A stretch of 64,000 nucleotides of DNA from Alphaproteobacteria bacterium (GCA_050175015.1 JBFXJJ010000001.1:96001-160000); one strand, 5' to 3'; numbered from the stretch's first letter, positions 46,670 to 57,509 are shown. The notes: generated by a model from the sequence alone, not told the origin. Numbers and translations: made by a program.

Positions 46670-49600
46670 TTTGATAAAATCTTCAAATACCTTTACTGTT
46701 CTTATTAGTTCATCTTTTGCTTCGTTAATTTTGGTATCAATCTCATCTAGCTCAGAAAGTTTAAGAGCTTTTTCTACAACAAACATCTTTTCTGAAAGAT
46801 TAACAGCCCCAAGAATTCCGCTAGAGCCCTTAATGCTATGGACGAGTTCTATTAAATCTTTTTTATTGCCTTCCTGCCATAATCTATCAATAACATTATA
46901 TGCTTGAGACCGGTCTTTAATAAAGATATTAAGCATCTTCGACAATCTATCAGGATTGTAATTAGTCCATTCCAACATTAAACCTAAATCAAAGCCGTCG
47001 ACTTGCGGCAATTTGCTATACCAAAGATTTTGGTCTTTCTCATCTTCTTTTTTAGAACCATTTTCCGCCTTTACCCATTTAAGAATGGTCTCAAGCATAA
47101 CTTTGACATCAACTGGCTTTGGAATATGATCATTCATGCCAACGTCTAAACATTTTTGACGATCTTTACTCATTGCATTAGCTGTCATTGCTATAATAGG
47201 CATATTTTTGTATTCAGCTTTTTTCCTAATTTCTCTAGTAGCCTCATACCCATCCATCTTAGGCATTTGAACATCCATCAAAATAACATCGTAATCAGAA
47301 TTAATTTTTTCTAATGCCATGACCCCATTTTCTGCAGGTTCAACCAAAGCTCCGTAGTCTTCAAGCAATTCTTTAGCTATTTCCATATTTATTAGATTAT
47401 CTTCTACTAAAAGAATTTTGACCCCTTCTAATTTTTTATTAGTGCCAGAATAGCTTAGCATAATTTTTCTTTCTACTTTGTTGTCATAGGCATTAACAAC
47501 CGCATCTAAAATCATAGAGGCTGTTGATGGTTTTAATAAGGAACCATCAAATAATTTTTCATCTTCCTCATTGGTTAAACCTACAGCAGAAATCATTATT
47601 ACTTTTGGTTGTTCTTTAGCAATAGATCTAATTGCTTTAGTCGCATCAACACCACTCATATCTGGCATTTTAATATCCATTAAAACAACATCAAATGGCT
47701 TATTTTCTATTGACTTATTATAGATTTCGATTGCATCTTTGCCTGATGAGCATACTGTAGGATTCCAGCCAAAAGCTTTAGTTATGCTTTCCAAAATTTC
47801 ACAAGATGTAAGATTATCATCAACAATTAAGACTTTTAAATTGTTGCGTTGGAATGCCATATTTTTAGAGACATATTTGCTTGTTTCAAACATTTCAAAA
47901 TTAGCATTAAAAGAAAACTCACTGCCTATACCTTGTTGGCTTTGAGCCGTTATATGCCCACCCATAAGATTTGCTAATCTTTGGCTAATCGTCAAACCAA
48001 GACCAGTTCCACCAAATTTTCTACTCGTCGACCCATCTTCTTGTTCAAATGGTTCGAATATTTTCTTGATATTAGGGGCAGAAATGCCAATGCCTGTGTC
48101 TCTGATAGTAAAGTTAAGTGTTACAATCGTCCCATCTTTAGAATATTCCTTAGCAGAGACAACAACTTCACCTTTTTTAGTAAATTTAATCGCATTGCTG
48201 GAAAGGTTTATTAAAATCTGTTCAAGTCTCTGAGGATCACCTACTAAGTTATTTGGCAAGTCAGATTGAATATTAAACAAAACTTCTAAATCTTTGCCCC
48301 TAGAATTCATTGCTAAAATAGTTGCAAGATTTCTTAAAACCCCATCTAGATTAAATTTAACTTTAGCAAGCTCTAGTTTACCCGTTTCTATCTTAGAAAA
48401 ATCAAGAATATCGTTGATAATATAGAGAAGAGACTGGCTTGATACTTCAATCTTTTCGGCATAATCTTTTTGCTTAAGATCAAGATTGGTGTTTTTTAAT
48501 AACTGAATGAGACCTAAAACCGCATTCATTGGTGTTCTTATTTCGTGGCTCATATTTGCCAAAAACTCTGATTTAGCAAGGCTTGCCTTTTCAGCTTTTT
48601 CAGCCATCTCTTTACTTAAGATAATGGCATTTTCTAATTCTTGGTTAATCTCATAAATTTTGATATCTGCCTGTTGGCGCAGTTGAACATTAACCAGCAT
48701 TTGGCTAAAAACCATCAAAAGTTTTTGTTCGTTCTCGGTATATGTATGCTGTTTTTTAACTGAATCAAAGCCAACAAACCCAATGCAATTACCTCTATTT
48801 ATAAGAGGAAGAGTTATCAAACTCTTTATTTCTTGTGGTTCCAATATTTCTCGAAGATTCCCAGCTGGAAGAGCCAAGACGTCCGGTACGTGCATTGGCT
48901 TTCCTGTTAAATGCCATTCCACCCAGTCTGGAATAGCTGCAAGAGGTACTGTTTGTAACTCTTCGATTTGCGGAGAAATATCATCACCACACCATTCGTA
49001 AGTGTTAGAGCAGATACCACGTTTAAAATCATAATCAAAAATATATGCTCTATCAGCACCTACAAAGTTGCCCATCTTAGCTAAAGAATCGTTGATTGCC
49101 CTATCGATTGAATCCAGAGGCATATTGATGTAAGTAGAAGATATCTCTATTAAAAGATTTCTTAATTTTGCTTGTTTTTTTAATTCCTCTTCGGCTTCAA
49201 ACTTTTCTGTTATATCTTTGCCAATAGCCTGAATTTCTAAGATATTTCCTTTGGAATCTTTGATAGCTGAACCTTCCCAAAAAAAGGTTCTTATTCCATT
49301 CGGCGTTTTTGCTTTAATTGTAACCGATGATCGATATGGAGGTTTTTTTACTTCTTCAAAGGCATCGTATATTTTTTGATGGTCTTCCTCGACAACCAGC
49401 CAATCTACCCTTTGTCCTATTACTTCTTCTTTTGTTTTGCCTATTATAGAACAATGAGCTTCATTGGCATAACTAATTCTACAATCAAGATTTATTCTAA
49501 CAATTAAATCATGCTGTGATTCTAAGATGCCTTTAAGATATTCACTTTGTTGTTTTATATCCTCTTCATCTATATGCTTCTTAAATAATAAAAGCACTAA

Positions 49601-49741
49601 ATTAATCGTGAGAAAAACTATAACAATAGGAATATCTTTATATATGTGAATATTATGAAAAAAAAGTGCATATATAAATAATATAATATTAAGAATACAA
49701 GCAAAAATGTATATTGAATTTTTAGCCACTTTTTTTAACAT
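46661..49741 (-). CDS. Hybrid sensor kinase (TM-PAS-GAF-HisKA-HATPase-REC-REC-Hpt)
   Basis: FLANMSHEIRTP, NLSSNAIKFT, GGTGLGL, two REC domains, HSIKGSS. Confidence 0.95.
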   Translation of the reverse strand: MLKKVAKNSIYIFACILNIILFIYALFFHNIHIYKDIPIVIVFLTINLVLLLFKKHIDEEDIKQQSEYLKGILESQHDLIVRINLDCRISYANEAHCSIIGKTKEEVIGQRVDWLVVEEDHQKIYDAFEEVKKPPYRSSVTIKAKTPNGIRTFFWEGSAIKDSKGNILEIQAIGKDITEKFEAEEELKKQAKLRNLLIEISSTYINMPLDSIDRAINDSLAKMGNFVGADRAYIFDYDFKRGICSNTYEWCGDDISPQIEELQTVPLAAIPDWVEWHLTGKPMHVPDVLALPAGNLREILEPQEIKSLITLPLINRGNCIGFVGFDSVKKQHTYTENEQKLLMVFSQMLVNVQLRQQADIKIYEINQELENAIILSKEMAEKAEKASLAKSEFLANMSHEIRTPMNAVLGLIQLLKNTNLDLKQKDYAEKIEVSSQSLLYIINDILDFSKIETGKLELAKVKFNLDGVLRNLATILAMNSRGKDLEVLFNIQSDLPNNLVGDPQRLEQILINLSSNAIKFTKKGEVVVSAKEYSKDGTIVTLNFTIRDTGIGISAPNIKKIFEPFEQEDGSTSRKFGGTGLGLTISQRLANLMGGHITAQSQQGIGSEFSFNANFEMFETSKYVSKNMAFQRNNLKVLIVDDNLTSCEILESITKAFGWNPTVCSSGKDAIEIYNKSIENKPFDVVLMDIKMPDMSGVDATKAIRSIAKEQPKVIMISAVGLTNEEDEKLFDGSLLKPSTASMILDAVVNAYDNKVERKIMLSYSGTNKKLEGVKILLVEDNLINMEIAKELLEDYGALVEPAENGVMALEKINSDYDVILMDVQMPKMDGYEATREIRKKAEYKNMPIIAMTANAMSKDRQKCLDVGMNDHIPKPVDVKVMLETILKWVKAENGSKKEDEKDQNLWYSKLPQVDGFDLGLMLEWTNYNPDRLSKMLNIFIKDRSQAYNVIDRLWQEGNKKDLIELVHSIKGSSGILGAVNLSEKMFVVEKALKLSELDEIDTKINEAKDELIRTVKVFEDFIKLL

Positions 49742-49823
49742 CTGTTTTTTAAAACTCTTATCTACTGCTCAACAAAATTTATTTTAGCTTATATTATTTT
49801 AGACACTAATTGAAACTATTTTT

Positions 49824-50126
49824 TTACCATTCACACTTAATTATTTTATTAAATTGAAGCGTCTCTAATAGTTTTCTTACTCTTGCTTTCGCCCCCTTAA
49901 TTACTATCTTATATTTATCTTTTGACGATTCATTTAAAGCTAAAATCATACCCAATGCTTCAGAATCAACAAAATCTACATTGCTTAAATTAATAATACA
50001 TTCTTTCGTATTTCTATCTTCGACAAAGGCGGTGGCTTCGAAGAAGTCGTTATAATCACGATAAGTAAAATCACCAGAAATCATAACCTCACCGCCATTT
50101 TCACATTTATTTACGAAATATTGCAT
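49824..50126 (-). CDS. STAS-domain anti-sigma-factor antagonist
   Basis: 'INLSNVDFVDSEALGMIL' with the phospho-Ser motif. Confidence 0.85.
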   Translation of the reverse strand: MQYFVNKCENGGEVMISGDFTYRDYNDFFEATAFVEDRNTKECIINLSNVDFVDSEALGMILALNESSKDKYKIVIKGAKARVRKLLETLQFNKIIKCEW

Positions 50127-50184
50127 TTGTTCCCCCCCCCTTTTAAACTTCTTGGAAAACCTTAATGCCCATAATTAGATTATG

Positions 50185-50245
50185 GCATAAATATGTAACA
50201 ACAATATTTCAAAAAGAAGGGTTTTTTGTAACAAAAAAGTATCAG
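50185..50245 (-). promoter_or_regulatory. Conserved upstream element with GTAAC-N6-GTATC box (copy 1)
   Basis: Aligns over ~60 bp with 57450-57509. Confidence 0.65.
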
Positions 50246-50247
50246 AT

Positions 50248-51822
50248 TTAGTGGGGGTTTACTTTTAAGGAATAAGCCTCTGTTGGATGATCTTTTAAGG
50301 GCGCAATAGAATTGCCAGCTATTAAGGAATACCTAAGCATTTTGGCTTGAGTTACCTGATCATATTTGTTAACACCTAAAACATACTTCCTTAAATTGGT
50401 CTGAGAACATAAATTGCTAAACGTTTCAATCGCATTTTCACTTGCCCAAGCAGAGTCTCCAATAAAAAATCCCGAAATTTGAATTCCAGCTTTTACTATT
50501 TCTTCTTCTTTTAACACCCCAGCTCTATTTCTAAAGATAACTGCGGCACAACAATCTTTACAAAGTTTCTGCGCTTCATGAAGCATTTTAGCGTCTTCTT
50601 TTTCATTAAAAAGCAGTTCTATAAATATATGATTTTTAGGAAATTCCCAACTATTAGCAAGACCATTTAAATAATTGTGAGTTGATTCAAAAATAACACT
50701 TTCAACATGTAAGGGAACAATTAAAATCGGCATATTTTCGGGTGTTGTCCTAACATCAGACGCTGAAAAACATTTGCCGATTACAAATCTATCGTATTCA
50801 GAAATAAAGCTTGGATTCATTCCGCTTAAACTACTAACGACAGGAATAAATTTTCCGCCTTTTTCAGTATGAGGAACGCAAAAGTAGCCTACAACTTGAC
50901 CTTTCTGATAATTCCAAACGGCACTAAATTTTACTTTTAAATGCGATAAAATTTCATCTAACCTTTGACGCATTGGATCTTTCTTATTTTCATCGTCTTG
51001 TTTACTTGAAACCCCTAAAAGATCTGAAATATCAACAGCTTCAGAATAAAGCGTTACGGCGTCAAATGCGGCATTATCTCCGATTAATTTACTTTTTATC
51101 ATTTCCGCAATATTTTGGGTTTTAATTACAGCTTCTTCCTGTGAGAGTTCAGCAAACATTAATAAATATTCAAATTTACCCACTTTTAAACAAACATCTT
51201 GGCTGCTTATTTTAGAATTAATAACTTTTTCTGTTGTGAGCAGAATATTTGGAACCCATTTACTCCATTTATCACCAAAAACCTTTTCAAGCACTTGAAT
51301 ATTCAGATAGGTTATTTTTCCCAGTTTAGCATTTTCATGTTTTTTAAGATAATTTTTAACTGTATCAACAGCATTAGAATGAGAAATATCTGCGTGTTCT
51401 GATCCAGTATTAACATTTTCTTGAGGCTCAAAAACAACGCCTGTGCGTTTAATAATAGAGGTTGCTTTAGCAATCAGAATATCATAATCAATCGGCTTAC
51501 ATATATAATCATCAACTCCTGTTTCATACCCTTTTAAAACATCTTTTCGATCGGAATAAGCAGATAGGAAAACAAATGGTATTTTAGCATATTCGCTATT
51601 TTCCGCTCTAACCTTCGCAATAAGTTCATAACCATTCATAATCGGCATATTAATATCAGAAATAATAAGATCTGGAGCTTCTTGGGACAATTTTTGCATA
51701 GCTTCTTCGCCATTTGCGGCCTCAACAACTTCATATCCTTCGCTACGAAGCTCTTCAGCAATATCTTCTCTTAATTCTTTTTCATCTTCTACACAAAGTA
51801 TGAGTTTCTTTTCTTCTGCCAT
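50248..51822 (-). CDS. Response regulator with degenerate GGDEF/EAL-like output
   Basis: N-terminal REC; 'VGKFEYLLMF' at the GGDEF position; EAL-like start 'FSAVWN....VVGY' lacking EAL. Confidence 0.7.
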   Translation of the reverse strand: MAEEKKLILCVEDEKELREDIAEELRSEGYEVVEAANGEEAMQKLSQEAPDLIISDINMPIMNGYELIAKVRAENSEYAKIPFVFLSAYSDRKDVLKGYETGVDDYICKPIDYDILIAKATSIIKRTGVVFEPQENVNTGSEHADISHSNAVDTVKNYLKKHENAKLGKITYLNIQVLEKVFGDKWSKWVPNILLTTEKVINSKISSQDVCLKVGKFEYLLMFAELSQEEAVIKTQNIAEMIKSKLIGDNAAFDAVTLYSEAVDISDLLGVSSKQDDENKKDPMRQRLDEILSHLKVKFSAVWNYQKGQVVGYFCVPHTEKGGKFIPVVSSLSGMNPSFISEYDRFVIGKCFSASDVRTTPENMPILIVPLHVESVIFESTHNYLNGLANSWEFPKNHIFIELLFNEKEDAKMLHEAQKLCKDCCAAVIFRNRAGVLKEEEIVKAGIQISGFFIGDSAWASENAIETFSNLCSQTNLRKYVLGVNKYDQVTQAKMLRYSLIAGNSIAPLKDHPTEAYSLKVNPH

Positions 51823-51846
51823 CGTTGATATTCCTCTTGCTTAATC

Positions 51847-52257
51847 TTAATTATCGCTAAGATTAACGTTTTTTCCTGCCCTTTTTAAAATAGCTTTTAT
51901 TTTAGCTATTAAGATATCAAAATCTATTGGTTTACAAATATAATCTTCTATACCTTTTTCAAAACCTCTTAGAATCAAATGCCTATCGGAATAAGCTGAT
52001 AAAAAAATTACGGGAATACTCGCAATTGAATCTTTTCTAGCTCTAATTTTTTCTATAAGCTCATATCCATCCATAATTGGCATTTTTAAATCTGAAACTA
52101 TTATATCTGGAATCACACTTTCAAGTATTTTAATTGCTTCTTCACCATTCTTAGCTTCAATAGCTAAATATCCGTTGCTACGGAATTCATCTATTAAATC
52201 TTTCCTTAATTCATTTTTATCTTCAACACAAAGTATAAGTTTTTTTTCTTCAAGCAT
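51847..52257 (-). CDS. Single-domain response regulator
   Basis: LILCVED, SDLKMP.MDG, KP; paralogue of the REC in 50248-51822. Confidence 0.92.
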   Translation of the reverse strand: MLEEKKLILCVEDKNELRKDLIDEFRSNGYLAIEAKNGEEAIKILESVIPDIIVSDLKMPIMDGYELIEKIRARKDSIASIPVIFLSAYSDRHLILRGFEKGIEDYICKPIDFDILIAKIKAILKRAGKNVNLSDN

Positions 52258-53857
52258 TAATAATTTCCTGATCTAAATTAACATTTTGCTTAAAATTTTT
52301 GGGTATTGACACTATGATTGTAGTTCCAACGCCTTTTTCACTTTCTATTTTTATATAACCTTGATGTTTTTCAATAATATTCTTAGCTAGATAAATTCCA
52401 ACGCCTGTACCCGGAATATTTTTGGTCTCATCAACTCTAAAAAACTTCTCTCCAACCCTAGATATATACTCCTCAGAAATACCAACCCCCGTATCAGTAA
52501 CAGAAACTTTTATATAATCTTTATCTTCAAAACAGAGAACATTAATTTCTGCGGCAGAGTATTTAATAGCATTTGATAAGAGATTGTCTACAACCAAAGA
52601 TACTCTCTCGGGATCAAATTTGCAAATTGTGTTGCCTTGATATTCAAATTTAATAGTTCTTTCTGGGGTATAGTTTCTAACCTCTTTAATAGTAGTAAGA
52701 ATCACCTCTTTCAAATCGTTAATGCTAGGATTAATTGTTAGATTTCCAGCATCTAATTTAGAAAGGCTAAGCGTACTTTCAACTAAATTGTTAAGCCTGC
52801 CAACGTTTTGTCTTACACGCTCCATACGTTCCGTAATCTCGCTGTTTTCAATTGTATCAATTTTTCTAATAATTTTTTGCGCTGAGCTATCAATAATTGA
52901 AAGCGGGGTTTTAAATTCGTGAGACACCATTGACACAAAGTTCTGCTGTTTTTCTCTAGCTACTATTTCTTGTTCTAAAAGTTTTAATGTACATTCATAA
53001 GCCTTTTTTTGCTCTTCTTCTAAAAGATTTTTTTTAATTGTATTTTCTCTAAATATTTCAACCGCTCTTGCCATATCACCAATTTCATCAAGACGATCAG
53101 TACTAGGAATTTCAATATCCAGCTTTTCCGCTATTATTAAATTCATCGCATTATGAAGATTTAAAAGGGCTTTTAACTGTTTTTGCGAAATCAATGCCAA
53201 AACTAAGACCATAAATATGGTTATAAAGAAAGAAACCGTAAAATGTCCTTCTATTATAGGTTTTATAGATGCTAAAAACTTGTCTTTCTGCAATCCAACA
53301 AAATAAATGCCAACAATATCACCTTGTTCATTTTTTATTGGTTCGTAGGCTGTGTAATATAGATTATTCAGAATATCAGCCTCACCAATATATGCCTCAC
53401 CTTTAATTATTTTATCGTAGACATCTCCTCTATCTAAAAAGGTTCCAATTGCCCTTTTACCATCTTTGGTAACAATATTCGTAGCAATTCTTTCAAACTC
53501 TATTTGATCATTTATGACCTTTTTTATGAATATTGTTGCAACCCCTCCTGCAATATCTTTAACTTTATCAGGAACTTCATAATTATTGTTAATAACGTAA
53601 TCACCAAAAAAAAGTACGTTATCAATTAACCTTATATCTTTACCTTTTTCGGCTAAGAGTGTTTTCAAAACGTTTAAAAGAACTTTTTGGTTATTTTGAG
53701 CAATATTAACCATCTCGGTTTTAATATTAGTCTCGGTTTTAAAAATTAGAACAATACCTAATACAAACATACTCAAAGAGAATGACAATATTATTTTTTT
53801 AGCGAATCCACTTCTTTGAATTGTATAAAGCATTGCTACACCATTTTTATTGCTCAT
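52250..53857 (-). CDS. Sensor histidine kinase (Cache-HAMP-HisKA-HATPase)
   Basis: Cache 'GGVATIF...RIATN...G.RAIGT', 'DEIGDMARA', SHEFKTPL. Confidence 0.92.
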   Translation of the reverse strand: MSNKNGVAMLYTIQRSGFAKKIILSFSLSMFVLGIVLIFKTETNIKTEMVNIAQNNQKVLLNVLKTLLAEKGKDIRLIDNVLFFGDYVINNNYEVPDKVKDIAGGVATIFIKKVINDQIEFERIATNIVTKDGKRAIGTFLDRGDVYDKIIKGEAYIGEADILNNLYYTAYEPIKNEQGDIVGIYFVGLQKDKFLASIKPIIEGHFTVSFFITIFMVLVLALISQKQLKALLNLHNAMNLIIAEKLDIEIPSTDRLDEIGDMARAVEIFRENTIKKNLLEEEQKKAYECTLKLLEQEIVAREKQQNFVSMVSHEFKTPLSIIDSSAQKIIRKIDTIENSEITERMERVRQNVGRLNNLVESTLSLSKLDAGNLTINPSINDLKEVILTTIKEVRNYTPERTIKFEYQGNTICKFDPERVSLVVDNLLSNAIKYSAAEINVLCFEDKDYIKVSVTDTGVGISEEYISRVGEKFFRVDETKNIPGTGVGIYLAKNIIEKHQGYIKIESEKGVGTTIIVSIPKNFKQNVNLDQEIINA

Positions 53858-53858
53858 A

Positions 53859-56030
53859 TCAAGATTCTACATCTACATCAACATTTTCTTTTTGTTGGAT
53901 ATTTTTAGGTATTGATACTATAATCGTCGTTCCAACACCTTTTTCACTTTCAATTTTTAAATAACCTTGATGCTTCTCAATAATATTCTTGACTAAATAA
54001 AGTCCAACTCCTGTTCCTGGAATATTTTTGGTATTGTCCGCTCTAAAAAATTTCTCTCCAACTTTGGGCAGATTTTCCTTAGAAATACCCACGCCCTTAT
54101 CGGCAACAGCAAATCTTACATAATCTTTATCTTCAAAACACAAGACATTAACTTCTGCGGTAGAGTATTTAAGAGCATTAGATAAAAGATTATTTACAAC
54201 AAGTCCTAATCTTTCCGGATCAAAACTACAAATTGTATTGCCTTCATTTTTAAAGTTAATAACTCTTTCCGAGGTATAGTTCTTAATATCTCTAACCATT
54301 GAATGTATAACATCTTTTAGATCATTAACACTTGGATTAATTGATAATTGCCCCGCATCCAGCTTAGAAAGGCTCAAAGTGCTTTCAACCAAGTTATTAA
54401 GCCTGCCAACGTTATGCCTTACACGTTCCATACGTTCAGCGACCTCAGTAATTTCAATAGTATTAATTTTTCTAATAATTTTTTGTGCTGAACTATCAAT
54501 GATTGAAAGCGGCGTCTTAAATTCATGAGATACCATTGATACAAAGTTTTGCTGCTGCTCTCTAGCTGCTATTTCTTTTTCAAGCATTCTGATTGTCTGT
54601 TCCTGAGCTTTCTTCTGTTCTGTAATATCTGTATGGACACCTATAATTCCAACAATTTCCCCAGCATCATTTTTAATTACGTCGGCTCTTAAAAGAACAA
54701 ATAATCCTTCTCCATTTCTCTTAACAATCTCAATTTCACCTACCCAGCTTTTGCCATTTATAACGCTGGCAAACATTTCATAGGCACGATCTTTGTCTTT
54801 ATAAAGCTGTGGAACTGTAACATTTTTAATTTCTTCTGTGCTGTATCCTAGCATTTGAGTAAAAGCTTGGTTCTGGTAAAAAATTTCACCCTGACAAGTA
54901 GCCATACCAATGGCATCGCCTGAAGCTTCAACAGCTTTTTTAATTCTCATCAAATTTTCTTGAATCAAGTATTCAGAAGTAACATCACGAAAAACTAAAA
55001 CAACACCTTTGATTGTTCCTGTTTCATCTTTAATAGGAGCAGCACTATCTGCAATTTGATATTCTATCCCATCTCTAGAAACTAGCACCGCACGATTCTC
55101 TGAGCTAGGTTTTGAACCTGTCGCAATAACTTCTTGTACGGGATTAACTTTGCCAGATTTATTGCCCGTAGTCTTAAAAATATCTTCCAGATTTTTGCCA
55201 AGTGCTTCTTCTAATTTATACCCTGTTAATCTTTCTGCTACAGGGTTCATTCTCGTGATTAAGCCATTAATATCAGTTGCAATAATACCATCACCAATAG
55301 AGTTTAAGGTAATGGCTAAGTTTTGTTCATTTTCTTTGAGTTTTGCCGTACGTTCATCAACAAGTTTTTCTAAATTATAATTATCTTTACGCAATAAACC
55401 TACAAAGAATGCTAATAAAACCGCTGAAAGCGCAAAAACAATTACGACTGTTACAGTTCTAGATGCATTTTCTCCAGCTTCGGTTAAAACATCGGCAAAA
55501 CTATTATTAAAATGAGCTTTTATATCAAACACATTGGTATTCAAAGCCAAATACATCTCATTAGCGGTATTTTGGTACATATACGCTAAAGAAACATCTA
55601 TATCAATTATGTTTAAAACATCATCGATTGCTGTTTTATATTTATTTTTATTTTCGATAATTAGATTTGCAAGCTTTTTTTCCTTATCACTCAAAGCCAT
55701 TTTTTCTATTTTTAAAATGTCATCATCTATACCTTTAAGATTCTGAATAATATTTCCTTTGTAACCCTCTCTCTGTTCTAAATTAACAGAAAGAAACGCA
55801 TAGTGAGTATAAAGCTTATAGATTAAAAATTGAGTGTTTTCTACGTGTTCATAAATATCATTAATAATTTTATTTTTATTAAAGTAGTCTTCTTTTAATT
55901 CTCTCAAGACCTCTGTTTGCTTATTAGTATTTTGAACAGAAAAAAAGCCCATACCAGCCATAAAAATCACAATAAGTGCTATTTTTACTGGAGCAAAAGA
56001 TGTTTTGTTAAAAACGCTTAATATTCTCAT
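53859..56030 (-). CDS. Sensor histidine kinase (periplasmic 4HB-like, 2x PAS)
   Basis: SIGDGIIATD, VLVFRDVT, HTDITE, SHEFKTPL. Confidence 0.92.
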   Translation of the reverse strand: MRILSVFNKTSFAPVKIALIVIFMAGMGFFSVQNTNKQTEVLRELKEDYFNKNKIINDIYEHVENTQFLIYKLYTHYAFLSVNLEQREGYKGNIIQNLKGIDDDILKIEKMALSDKEKKLANLIIENKNKYKTAIDDVLNIIDIDVSLAYMYQNTANEMYLALNTNVFDIKAHFNNSFADVLTEAGENASRTVTVVIVFALSAVLLAFFVGLLRKDNYNLEKLVDERTAKLKENEQNLAITLNSIGDGIIATDINGLITRMNPVAERLTGYKLEEALGKNLEDIFKTTGNKSGKVNPVQEVIATGSKPSSENRAVLVSRDGIEYQIADSAAPIKDETGTIKGVVLVFRDVTSEYLIQENLMRIKKAVEASGDAIGMATCQGEIFYQNQAFTQMLGYSTEEIKNVTVPQLYKDKDRAYEMFASVINGKSWVGEIEIVKRNGEGLFVLLRADVIKNDAGEIVGIIGVHTDITEQKKAQEQTIRMLEKEIAAREQQQNFVSMVSHEFKTPLSIIDSSAQKIIRKINTIEITEVAERMERVRHNVGRLNNLVESTLSLSKLDAGQLSINPSVNDLKDVIHSMVRDIKNYTSERVINFKNEGNTICSFDPERLGLVVNNLLSNALKYSTAEVNVLCFEDKDYVRFAVADKGVGISKENLPKVGEKFFRADNTKNIPGTGVGLYLVKNIIEKHQGYLKIESEKGVGTTIIVSIPKNIQQKENVDVDVES

Positions 56031-57337
56031 TTAATACTATCCTCACAAGAAAAATCAAAATCTTTTAATAAATAAACTGTAAACGTTGAACCAGAGCCTA
56101 ATTTGCTTTGAATATCGAATTTACCGCCATGCATTTCTATAATATTTTTAATCAGATAAACTCCAACTCCTGTTCCTGGAATATCTTGAGTATGCTTGGC
56201 TCTAAAAAATTTGCTGCCCATCTGTTTTAAGTCATCTTCAGATAAGCCATATCCTTTGTCTGTAACCGAAACTCTTAAATATTTATCATAATCATCACAC
56301 TTAACATTTATTTCTTCCGCAGAATATTTTATAGCATTGGAAATCAAGTTGTTAATAACCAAATAAAGGCGATGCGGGTCAAAAATTCCAACCGTGTTTC
56401 CACTGTATTCGAAATTGATTGCTCTATCTGGCGTTACATATTTGATTTCAGCTATAACTGATAAAACTATATCTTTAAGATCGTTCATACTAGGATTAAT
56501 TGACAATTTTCCGGCATCTAATTTGGAAAGGTTAAGTGTTGTTTCAACCAGATTATTAAGACGGCTTATACTATTGCGGATTCGTTCCATACGGTTAATA
56601 ATTTCGCTGGGTTCCATAGTATTAATTTTGCGTAAAATTCTTTGGGCTGAACTATCAATAATTGAAAGTGGGGTCTTAAATTCGTGAGAAACCATCGAGA
56701 CAAAGTTTTGCTGCTGAATTTTTTGCTGTTGAATTTCCAGCAGTTTTATTTGAATTTGCCTTTTATCATATGCCCAAGCAAAAATATCTGCTAAAATCTG
56801 CATAAGATTTATTTCTTCATCAGACCAACTTATTTTTTTGTTTACGCCGTCTATGCCATAAAAACCATAAACCTTGTTTTGTTTTTTTATCGGAAAGCAG
56901 ACAAAGGACTTAATCTCAGCCTTCTTAACTAGTTCTTTTTCAACCGACATTTCTTCAGAAATATCATCAACATCTGGAATAAATACATAAGATTTTTTAG
57001 AAAGCTCACCAAAACTGTTTGATATTTTTTCCATTTCTATTTCTAAACACGTTCCGAGTTTAGAATAAATATTCTCGGCACAAACTTCGTATGAATATTC
57101 TAACCTTTTATTGTCTTTTGAAACTTCAAAAACATAGACTCTATCTGAATCAAGAAGCTCTCTAATTTTTGCAAGAGATTCTCTCATTACTGCATCAAAA
57201 TTATCCTGAGTTACAATGTTAATAAAGCTTTTGGATATGCTTCCTATAATTTTTTCAAATTCTTGCTGCTTATCTTTATTAGAATTACTAAGAGAAGCAT
57301 TATTAGATTTTAGATTTTTTGAATTATCATCATCCAT
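56027..57337 (-). CDS. Cytoplasmic GAF sensor histidine kinase
   Basis: GAF 'DRVYVFE...YEVCA...GFYGID'; SHEFKTPL; GTGVG. Confidence 0.92.
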   Translation of the reverse strand: MDDDNSKNLKSNNASLSNSNKDKQQEFEKIIGSISKSFINIVTQDNFDAVMRESLAKIRELLDSDRVYVFEVSKDNKRLEYSYEVCAENIYSKLGTCLEIEMEKISNSFGELSKKSYVFIPDVDDISEEMSVEKELVKKAEIKSFVCFPIKKQNKVYGFYGIDGVNKKISWSDEEINLMQILADIFAWAYDKRQIQIKLLEIQQQKIQQQNFVSMVSHEFKTPLSIIDSSAQRILRKINTMEPSEIINRMERIRNSISRLNNLVETTLNLSKLDAGKLSINPSMNDLKDIVLSVIAEIKYVTPDRAINFEYSGNTVGIFDPHRLYLVINNLISNAIKYSAEEINVKCDDYDKYLRVSVTDKGYGLSEDDLKQMGSKFFRAKHTQDIPGTGVGVYLIKNIIEMHGGKFDIQSKLGSGSTFTVYLLKDFDFSCEDSIK

Positions 57338-57449
57338 AATGCTTCTCTCCCCTCTTACTTAAACAACAAGCCTTACAACTCAAAGTTAGGATTATAACAT
57401 AATTCTCTTTTTTATTGTAAGCATTATTGCTTCCCCAGTTCTAATTAAA

Positions 57450-57509
57450 GCATAATTATGTAACGTTAGTATTTCAAAAAACGACTTTTTTGTAACAATT
57501 TTGTATCAG
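57450..57509 (-). promoter_or_regulatory. Conserved upstream element with GTAAC-N6-GTATC box (copy 2)
   Basis: Aligns with 50185-50245. Confidence 0.65.
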
